Positions 27,578 through 34,849 of a stretch of DNA of 63,246 nucleotides are shown one piece after another. The stretch is from assembly GCA_964654125.1 (NCBI GenBank), contig CAZZGG010000003.1, positions 1-63,246 on the forward strand, written 5' to 3'. The notes below the pieces were generated by a model. It was not told the DNA's origin. It saw nothing but the letters and a program-made list of their open reading frames with translations, and did not search any database. Numbering within the stretch: the first letter of the stretch is position 1; every line of letters starts with the position of its first letter. The DNA is from an uncultured Oscillospiraceae bacterium. GTDB taxonomy: Bacteria; Bacillota; Clostridia; Saccharofermentanales; UBA5734. The position numbers were made by a program, and so were the translations under genes.

Positions 27578-28606
27578 CTACCAGCCCTGGCGCAGGAGCA
27601 GGTCAGCAATATCCCGGGCCATCTGGCTGCGCGGGGTGACCAGTTCGCCGCTGCTGCTGTAGCCGGAACTGATCGCCTGGGCCAGAGCCGGGGAATGGAA
27701 ACGACAGCCGGACCATAACTCGGCCAGCTGGCTGATAAAGTCACTGTCCAGGGCATCTGAATAAGCCTTGGCTTTTTCCACATGACCATCTTTGACACAA
27801 AAACCCAGACTGAGTCCGCCCCAACTGAAGCGTTCTGAGATCTCAGCATCAAAAGCCAGGCTTTCACCATAACGCCACTGCCAGGAAGAATATTGCCGCT
27901 CCAGCTTGAGATAGCTTTCATTTTCTTGTAAGTCATGATCTGTTTGGCGGATGACCTGCCAATTATCACCTGAGCAGAAAAAATCCAGGAAAGCTGTGGC
28001 CAAAGCGTCGTTCAAGGCGTCCACAGTGATATCAGGCTGGACTGTGACCAGATTGGTTATGCGCGAGCGCACAGAGCTGACACCCTTGGATTTGAGTTTG
28101 TCAGATGAGACTGTTAAATAACGCCCGACTCTGGCAAAAGCTGAATGGACCAGCAAGGTGCCATGGTGCAGGCCGGCACTGCGGTAGATGCGGAAAGCAT
28201 TGCCGGAAAATTTCAGTCCGTCCAGGACAATATCATTGCGGCCGGACTTTTCTGCTGCGATACCCTGGCTTTTCAGGGCCGCCAGCAGCATGGTGAAGTT
28301 TTTGTCTGTGCTGAACTGGCCTTTGGGCAAGATCAGGGAGTAGTTAAGATTGCCCAGATCATGGAAGACTGCTCCGCCACCGGTGCTGCGCCGGGCCAAA
28401 AAGCCACCTTCGGCTTCCAGCAGGCCAGTCTTACACTCAGCCCAGGCATTCTGGTTGCGGCCGATCACTACTGTATTGTCATTTTGCCACAGATAAAGTA
28501 TGGCCTGGAATTGACCGGCACTGAGCTGGTCAACCAGATAGGCTTCCAGGGCCAGATTGGACCAGGGGTTATGGCCGCTGGATTTTATAATCAGACACTT
28601 ATTCAT
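27578..28606 (-). CDS. lplA: lipoate--protein ligase
   Basis: About 342 aa. NPW-N-ALE N-terminal pattern, RRSTGGGAVFHDLGN and KFSGNA motifs typical of LplA. ATG 28606 lies 6 nt after GAGG. Confidence 0.85.
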   Translation of the reverse strand: MNKCLIIKSSGHNPWSNLALEAYLVDQLSAGQFQAILYLWQNDNTVVIGRNQNAWAECKTGLLEAEGGFLARRSTGGGAVFHDLGNLNYSLILPKGQFSTDKNFTMLLAALKSQGIAAEKSGRNDIVLDGLKFSGNAFRIYRSAGLHHGTLLVHSAFARVGRYLTVSSDKLKSKGVSSVRSRITNLVTVQPDITVDALNDALATAFLDFFCSGDNWQVIRQTDHDLQENESYLKLERQYSSWQWRYGESLAFDAEISERFSWGGLSLGFCVKDGHVEKAKAYSDALDSDFISQLAELWSGCRFHSPALAQAISSGYSSSGELVTPRSQMARDIADLLLRQGW

Positions 28607-28618
28607 TATATACCTCAC

Positions 28619-29377
28619 TCAAGGCAGCAGCACATGGGCTTTGCGGGCTGCTTTTTCATATTCTTCCGGCAGGGCTTGTTCACAGACCAGGGCATAGATA
28701 CTGGTCAGCCTGGCAAAGGTGTAGGGCATGCTGCTGCCCAGCTTACTGCTGTCCATCAGGATGGCTGTCTGGCGGGCCTTGCGGATGATCAGTTTTTTCA
28801 ATTCGGCTTCCAGATAGTCACCGCAACTGAAGCCATTGTCTGGTGAAAAGGCACTGGCCGCGATGAAAGCCAGGTCAAGGTTGAGGGTCTTGACATATTC
28901 AACAGCATTAAAGCCGGACAAGGTCAGGGTCTCCCGGTTGAGCTGGCCACCGGTCAGGTTGACCCGGGCGCTGGGGTTTTTGATCAGTTCCAGGGCGATA
29001 TTGGGGGCTGGTGTCAGGATGAACATGCTCTGGTCCGGCAGCTGGCGGGCCAGGCTCATGCAGGTGGTACCGGAGTCTATGTAGATGGAACGGCCCTGGC
29101 TGAGCAGGCTGACGGCCTTTTGCCCGATCAGGTCCTTGGCATCTGCATTGGCGATCTGGCGCTGGGTGTAGGCGGCTTCCTTAATCATGGAAAGGCTGGC
29201 CAGAGATCTGGCTCCACCGCGGATGCGCACAATTTGGCCCTGGCGTTCTAGAAATTCCAGGTCGCGCCGGATTGTCATGCCTGAGACATAATCAAAATGC
29301 TCTTCTAAATCCTTAAATTGGACTTCTCCGCGGGATTGGATATATTGATTGATCGCTTCACGCCTTTTGCTTGTCAT
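28619..29377 (-). CDS. DeoR-family transcriptional regulator
   Basis: N-terminal HTH (RREAINQYIQSRGEVQFKDLEEHFDYVSGMTIRRDLEFLE) plus a DeoR C-terminal sugar-phosphate sensor domain. Confidence 0.85.
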   Translation of the reverse strand: MTSKRREAINQYIQSRGEVQFKDLEEHFDYVSGMTIRRDLEFLERQGQIVRIRGGARSLASLSMIKEAAYTQRQIANADAKDLIGQKAVSLLSQGRSIYIDSGTTCMSLARQLPDQSMFILTPAPNIALELIKNPSARVNLTGGQLNRETLTLSGFNAVEYVKTLNLDLAFIAASAFSPDNGFSCGDYLEAELKKLIIRKARQTAILMDSSKLGSSMPYTFARLTSIYALVCEQALPEEYEKAARKAHVLLP

Positions 29378-29560
29378 TTTCAGCTCCTTATACGCATGAT
29401 AAATGATGTTATATCATGTCATAATGGAATATTATCACAGGCAGCTAATGAAAGCAATAAAGCAAGTGATATCAAGGATTAAAGCAGAAGATGCTTGATT
29501 CAAGGGCGTTTGCAGGAGTTGTTTAAAAATGGTAATTAAGCAACTGTAAAGATAATTAAA

Positions 29561-29576
29561 ATATAACATGTTATAT
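29561..29576. promoter_or_regulatory. perfect 16-bp palindrome ATATAACATGTTATAT, candidate operator
   Basis: Perfect dyad. Its half-site ATGTTATAT recurs at 29406-29414 and, 8 of 9, at 29633-29641 overlapping the -10 element. Confidence 0.5.
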
Positions 29577-29613
29577 TATGAGGAAAACGCTAGTTAAATT
29601 AACACTAGTGCTG

Positions 29614-29642
29614 TTAACAAGCAACATATTTAATGTTATAAT
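29614..29642 (+). promoter_or_regulatory. SigA-type promoter of the nine-gene operon
   Basis: TTAACA (29614-29619), 17 nt, then TGtTATAAT (extended -10, TATAAT at 29637-29642). It lies 68 nt upstream of ATG 29710. Confidence 0.65.
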
Positions 29643-29709
29643 AAAATGCGAGTCAAACAATGAATATCCTTGTCAGGGACATCTTTTTTTAAAAGATGGG
29701 GAGGTATCT

Positions 29710-30975
29710 ATGAAAACAAAAGCAGTACGTATTTATGGAAAAAATGATCTTCGCTTAGATGAATTTGAATTGCCGGCCATGCAGGATGATGAAATCCTGG
29801 CCTGCATCGTTTCGGACAGCATTTGCATGTCCTCATATAAGGCTGCCATGCAGGGGGCCGATCATAAACGGATTCCCAATGATGTGGCACAAAACCCGAT
29901 TATCATCGGCCACGAATTCTGTGGTGAGATCCTGGAGGTGGGCAGCAAATGGGCGGACCAGTTCAAGCCTGGTGATCGCTTCATCATTCAAACAGCTCTC
30001 AATGACCCAGCCAATGTCTATGCGGCACCGGGCTATTCTTTCCCTTATATTGGCGGCGCTGCCACCCATGTCATCATCCCGGAAGTAGTCATGCGGCAAA
30101 AGTGCCTGCTCCCCTATGAGGGTGAAGCCTTTTACTTTGGTTCCCTGGCTGAACCCATGTCCTGTATAGCAGGCTGCTTCAATGTCAGTTACCACACAAA
30201 ACCGGGCAGTTACGAACATATCATGGGCATCGTGGAAGGCGGCAACATGGCTATCATGGCCGGAGTTGGCCCCATGGGCCTGGGTGCGATTGATTTTGCT
30301 ATCCATAATCCGCGCCGGCCTGGCCTTCTAGTGGTGACAGACATTAACCAGAGCCGCCTAGACAGGGCTGCCCGGCTCTATCCACCCGAAGAAGCAGCAC
30401 GCAATGGTGTCACCTTACACTATCTGAACACAAAGGATCTGGCAGATGTGCCGCAAAAGCTGCTTGAGCTGAGCGGCGGCAAAGGTTATGATGATGTCTT
30501 TGTCTACGCCCCTGTGGCTGCACTGGTTGAACAGGCTGGAGCGGTGCTGGGCTATGATGGCTGCCTTAACTTTTTTGCCGGTCCGACTGACCCGACTTTT
30601 TCCGCACCTTTTAATTTCTATGATGTCCATTATAATAACACTCATGTGGCGGGCAACAGTGGCGGCACAACAGCTGATATGATTGAAGCAGTTGACCTCA
30701 TGACGCGCGGCCTGATCGACCCGTCCTCCATGATCACCCATGTCGGCGGCCTGGACTGTGTGGTCGACACCACTTTGAACCTGCCAGATATACCTGGTGG
30801 CAAAAAGCTGGTCTATACTCAAATCAAAATGCCTTTGATCGCGATTGCTGATTTAGCAAAAATGGGTGAAACCAATCCGGTTTGCCGTGGCCTGGCCGAG
30901 ATAGTGGCTCAAAACAATGGGATTTGGAATGCGGCAGCAGAAAAATACCTGCTTGAGCATGCTGAACCGATCTGA
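29710..30975 (+). CDS. medium-chain Zn-dependent dehydrogenase/reductase, ~420-aa subgroup (L-sorbose-1-phosphate-reductase-like)
   Basis: ATG 29710 lies behind GGGGAGG. Catalytic-Zn ligand context SDSICMS and IIIGHEFCGE. No Cys4 structural-Zn lobe. GVGPMGLG Rossmann motif. The SorE-like assignment is from recalled motifs. Confidence 0.6.
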   Translation: MKTKAVRIYGKNDLRLDEFELPAMQDDEILACIVSDSICMSSYKAAMQGADHKRIPNDVAQNPIIIGHEFCGEILEVGSKWADQFKPGDRFIIQTALNDPANVYAAPGYSFPYIGGAATHVIIPEVVMRQKCLLPYEGEAFYFGSLAEPMSCIAGCFNVSYHTKPGSYEHIMGIVEGGNMAIMAGVGPMGLGAIDFAIHNPRRPGLLVVTDINQSRLDRAARLYPPEEAARNGVTLHYLNTKDLADVPQKLLELSGGKGYDDVFVYAPVAALVEQAGAVLGYDGCLNFFAGPTDPTFSAPFNFYDVHYNNTHVAGNSGGTTADMIEAVDLMTRGLIDPSSMITHVGGLDCVVDTTLNLPDIPGGKKLVYTQIKMPLIAIADLAKMGETNPVCRGLAEIVAQNNGIWNAAAEKYLLEHAEPI

Positions 30976-30993
30976 GCCGGAAGGGGAAGAGCA

Positions 30994-32082
30994 GTGCAAA
31001 CAGAAGATATAAGAAAAATCAGGGGGCTGGCTGCTGAGCTGGCCCCGGCCCTGCGGGCCTTTTTTGCCAGCCGGCGGGTGCTGGTTTCCTTTGCAGCAAA
31101 GGCTGATCCATCAGATGACCTTGTAAAGATCCAGGCTACTGACAAAAAATTAGCCGGACTACCGGCAGATTTTGCAAAAACAGACCTGCCGGCCAGGGTC
31201 CAGCTGGCAGATTTGGGCTGCTTTACAATCCGCCAGATCGACCCGGCCAAGCAAAAGGGCCGGCTGGCTGGCCGGGTCTGTCTGGTCACAGGTGCAGCCC
31301 AGGGCTTTGGCGCCGGCATCGCAGCAGAGCTTGCCGCGGCGGGTGGTCATATCATTATCGCTGACCTTAACCTGCCTCTGGCCGGCCAGGTGGCAGAGGA
31401 GCTCAATCAGACCTATGGTGCCGGAACTGCCCTCGCTTTGCCAGTTGATGTCGGCCAGGAGGATTCAGTCGGCCAGCTTGTCCAGGAGACAGTCCTGGCT
31501 TGGGGCGGGATTGATCTTTTGGTCAGTAATGCCGGTGTGCTGAGAGCGGGCGGACTGGCTGAGATGGACCTGGACTCTTTTGAGTTTGTGACCCGGATTA
31601 ACTATACAGCCTTTTTTCTCATGGCTAAATATGTCGCAGTGCCCATGCGGATCCAGGCCGGTCTGGATCCGGACTACTTTGCTGATATCGTCCAGGTCAA
31701 CTCCAAGTCGGGCCTGGAGGGATCCAACCGCAACTTCGCCTATGCCGGCAGCAAGTTTGGCGGGATCGGCCTGGTGCAGAGCTTTGCCAAGGAATTGGTT
31801 GAAGACCGCATCAAGGTCAATGCTGTCTGCCCCGGCAACTATTATGAAGGCCCCTTGTGGAGCGATCCGGAAAAAGGACTCTTTGTCCAGTATCTGGCGG
31901 CCGGCAAGGTGCCTGGGGCCAGGACAGTAGCTGATGTCTATGAGCATTATGTCGCCAAGGTGCCGCTGCGCCGGGGCTGCTCCCCGGCTGACGTCAGCCG
32001 GGCAATCTTGTATTGTGTGGAACAAATGTATGAAACCGGCCAGGCTATTCCTGTCACCGGTGGACAGAACATGTTGAAATAG
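30994..32082 (+). CDS. short-chain dehydrogenase, sorbitol-6-phosphate-dehydrogenase (SrlD)/RhaW-like, with ~95-aa N-terminal extension
   Basis: TGAAQGFG Rossmann motif starts near residue 98. The stretch NSKSG...YAGSKFGGIGL...KVPLRRGC...TGQAIPVTGGQNM closely parallels E. coli SrlD. Confidence 0.75.
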   Translation: MQTEDIRKIRGLAAELAPALRAFFASRRVLVSFAAKADPSDDLVKIQATDKKLAGLPADFAKTDLPARVQLADLGCFTIRQIDPAKQKGRLAGRVCLVTGAAQGFGAGIAAELAAAGGHIIIADLNLPLAGQVAEELNQTYGAGTALALPVDVGQEDSVGQLVQETVLAWGGIDLLVSNAGVLRAGGLAEMDLDSFEFVTRINYTAFFLMAKYVAVPMRIQAGLDPDYFADIVQVNSKSGLEGSNRNFAYAGSKFGGIGLVQSFAKELVEDRIKVNAVCPGNYYEGPLWSDPEKGLFVQYLAAGKVPGARTVADVYEHYVAKVPLRRGCSPADVSRAILYCVEQMYETGQAIPVTGGQNMLK

Positions 32083-32093
32083 GAGGACAAAGC

Positions 32094-33431
32094 ATGGCAA
32101 CACCTGTCATTATGCCCCGCCAGGGACAATCTGTAGAAAGCTGTATTATTGGTAAATGGCACAAAGAAAAGGGTGATCCGGTCAAGGCTGGAGATATCCT
32201 CTTTACTTATGAGACTGACAAGGCAACCTTTGATGAGGTGGCTAAAGAAGACGGTGTCCTGCTTGACATTTTCTTTTTTGAAGGTGACGATGTGCCGGTT
32301 TTGACTAATGTCTGCGTGATCGGCGAGCCCGGAGAAGACACATCCGCCTACCGGCCAGCTGGAGCTGCCGGAGAACCAGCCCCAGCAGCTGAGCCGCAAA
32401 AACCGGCTCCTGCCGTTCCTGCAGCAGCAACTGAACCGTTAAAAGCAGCGCCAACAGCTACTGTTACTGGGGCAATCAGCCCGCGGGCCAAGCATCTGGC
32501 TGAGAAGAGCGGAGCTGACTTGCGCCTGGTCCAGGCCAGCGGGCCTAAGGGACGTGTGATTGAGCGTGATGTGCAAAGCCTGATTGATGCAGGCCATCTG
32601 CATACAGCGGCAGCAGGCGATTATGCCGCCGGTTTATCCGGAACTGGGATTGGTGGCCGGGTTTCGGTGGCAGACACTCTAACCCAGCCAGAGCAGGAGC
32701 CGCTTGAGGAAGCAACATACACCAGGCCGCACAGCAATATTCGTAAGGTTATCGCCCGGGCCATGCATGCCTCGCTGGCCAACATGGCCCAGCTGACGCT
32801 AAACAGCAGCTTTGATGCAAGTGACATTCTGGCTTTGCGCACCCGCCTGAAAAAAGCGGCTGGCCAGGGTTTAGGTGCAGAACAAGGCTTTATGCTGGCA
32901 GAAACAGTGCCGACCATCAATGATATTTTGCTTTATGCTGTCTCGCGGGTCTTGTCCCGCCATCCAGATTGCAATGCCCATTATGACGCTGAAAAGATGA
33001 CCTATTTCAAGCATGTCAACCTGGGAGTGGCAATCGACACGCCGCGTGGCCTGCTGGTGCCAACCCTCTTCAAAGCTGACACCCTGACACTGGCGGAGAT
33101 CTCGGCAACAGTTAAGGAGCTGGCTGCAGCCAGCCAAAGTGGTACTATCAATCCTGACCTGCTCCAGGGCGGTACATTCACTGTGACCAACCTGGGCACC
33201 TTCGGCGTGGAATCTTTTACACCTGTAATCAACCCGCCGCAGACCTGTATCCTGGGTGTTAACAATATCATCACCAGGGTCAGGGAAACAGAAGGGCAGA
33301 TCAGCAGCTACCCGGCCATGGGTCTTTCTTTGACCTTTGACCACAGGGCGGTGGATGGTGCTCCAGCAGCGCGCCTGCTCAAGGACCTAGTCCAGGTGCT
33401 GGAGAATTTCACGCTGCTGCTGCTGAACTAG
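32094..33431 (+). CDS. dihydrolipoamide acyltransferase (E2) of a 2-oxoacid/acetoin-dehydrogenase-type complex
   Basis: Single lipoyl domain with ETDKA, an Ala/Pro-rich linker, a subunit-binding domain (SPRAKHLAEKSGADL) and a catalytic DHRAVDG motif. Confidence 0.9.
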   Translation: MATPVIMPRQGQSVESCIIGKWHKEKGDPVKAGDILFTYETDKATFDEVAKEDGVLLDIFFFEGDDVPVLTNVCVIGEPGEDTSAYRPAGAAGEPAPAAEPQKPAPAVPAAATEPLKAAPTATVTGAISPRAKHLAEKSGADLRLVQASGPKGRVIERDVQSLIDAGHLHTAAAGDYAAGLSGTGIGGRVSVADTLTQPEQEPLEEATYTRPHSNIRKVIARAMHASLANMAQLTLNSSFDASDILALRTRLKKAAGQGLGAEQGFMLAETVPTINDILLYAVSRVLSRHPDCNAHYDAEKMTYFKHVNLGVAIDTPRGLLVPTLFKADTLTLAEISATVKELAAASQSGTINPDLLQGGTFTVTNLGTFGVESFTPVINPPQTCILGVNNIITRVRETEGQISSYPAMGLSLTFDHRAVDGAPAARLLKDLVQVLENFTLLLLN

Positions 33432-33449
33432 TGCCGGGGAGGAAAGAAT

Positions 33450-34820
33450 ATGTATGATCTGATCGTTTTAGGTGGCGGACCGGCCGGTTACCTGGCCGCC
33501 CAGCGGGCTGCCGAAGCAAAGATGCAAGTGGCCCTGATTGAAAAGAACAAGCTGGGCGGTGTCTGCCTCAATGAAGGCTGCATCCCGTCCAAAACCTTAC
33601 TCAATAGTGCCAAGATCTACCAGCACAGCCTGCAAGGCCAGACCTATGGGGTCAAGGCTGAAAATGTCAGCTATGACCAGTCAGCGGTGATCAAGCGCAA
33701 GAACAAGGTGGTCAAAAAGCTGGTAGCCGGAATCAGGGCCCAGCTCAAGGCGGGACAGGTGGCGATTTTTTCCGCTGAAGGCAGGATCCTGGGCCGCCAG
33801 GACGGCGGTTTTGCTGTCCAGGCCGGCGAGGAGCTCGTCCTGGGCCGCCGCTTGCTCATCGCCACTGGTTCAGATGCCATCATACCGCCTATTCCCGGTG
33901 TCCAGGAAGGCCTGGCTGCCGGCACTGTTTTGACCAGCCGGGAAATCCTTGATCTGGAAGAAATACCAGAAAGCCTGGTCGTGATTGGTGGCGGAGTGAT
34001 CGGGCTGGAGATGGCTGGTTATTTTCAGGCCTGTGGCAGCCAGGTGACCGTGATTGAGATGCTGGACCATATCGCCGGCGGGGCAGACCTGGAACTCAGT
34101 GCTGCCTTGCAAGCCGAATTCACGCGCCAGGGGATCGTATTTCATCTAGGCTGCAAGGTGACAGCAATAGGCCAGGGCCAGGTCAGCTATGAAACTGTAG
34201 CTGGCCAAAAAGAGCAGCTGGCTGCTGCCAAGGTCCTGCTTAGTGTCGGGCGGCGCCCGGCTGTTAAGAACATAGGCCTGGAAAGCCTGGGGGTCTTTGT
34301 CGACAAAGGTCGCATTGTGACAGACCGGCAGGGCTTGACCAATGTGCCGGATGTCTATGCGGCAGGCGATATTAATGGCAGCTGGATGTTGGCTCATGCT
34401 GCCTACCGTGAGGCTGAAGTGGCAGTTAATACTATGTTGGGTCAAAAGGACCTGATGCGTTATCAGGCCATGCCCTCAGTTATCTACACCAACCCGGAGA
34501 TGGCTTTTGTTGGTGAAACAGAAGAAACTTGCCAGGCGGCCGGGATTGCTTACAAAAAGCTTGTGCTGCCGCTTAATTATTCCGGGCGCTACATGGCGGA
34601 AAATGAGGCTGGCAGCGGTTTTATCAAGCTGTTGATCGATCCGGTGCGGCAACGGGTCCTGGGTTGCCATATACTGGGAGCCTACGCCTCGGAGATCATC
34701 CTGGCAGCAGGTTTCATCATTGAAACGGAAATGACCCTGAAAGAGGCCAAGGAACTGATCTTCCCCCATCCGACGGTAGGCGAGATCATCCGGGAGGCCA
34801 TCTTTTCCTATAAAGACTAA
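33450..34820 (+). CDS. lpdA: dihydrolipoyl dehydrogenase (E3)
   Basis: GGGPAGY FAD motif, redox-active GGVCLNEGCIPSK, and a C-terminal HPT-E interface motif. Confidence 0.9.
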   Translation: MYDLIVLGGGPAGYLAAQRAAEAKMQVALIEKNKLGGVCLNEGCIPSKTLLNSAKIYQHSLQGQTYGVKAENVSYDQSAVIKRKNKVVKKLVAGIRAQLKAGQVAIFSAEGRILGRQDGGFAVQAGEELVLGRRLLIATGSDAIIPPIPGVQEGLAAGTVLTSREILDLEEIPESLVVIGGGVIGLEMAGYFQACGSQVTVIEMLDHIAGGADLELSAALQAEFTRQGIVFHLGCKVTAIGQGQVSYETVAGQKEQLAAAKVLLSVGRRPAVKNIGLESLGVFVDKGRIVTDRQGLTNVPDVYAAGDINGSWMLAHAAYREAEVAVNTMLGQKDLMRYQAMPSVIYTNPEMAFVGETEETCQAAGIAYKKLVLPLNYSGRYMAENEAGSGFIKLLIDPVRQRVLGCHILGAYASEIILAAGFIIETEMTLKEAKELIFPHPTVGEIIREAIFSYKD

Positions 34821-34849
34821 AACAAAGCTAAAAAAGCGGAGGTAGCAAA

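Noticed and set aside
28145-28846. A 233-aa + strand ORF antisense to lplA and deoR.
   Set aside because: It is a shadow ORF of two well-supported minus-strand genes. Its composition is low-complexity and Gly/Ala/Gln-rich, with no motif and no RBS.
29578-29709. A 44-codon N-terminal extension of the MDR dehydrogenase ORF.
   Set aside because: It lies in AT-rich promoter/operator DNA and spans the predicted -35 and -10 elements. ATG 29710 has a strong RBS and matches the usual MDR N-terminus (MKTKAVRIYG).
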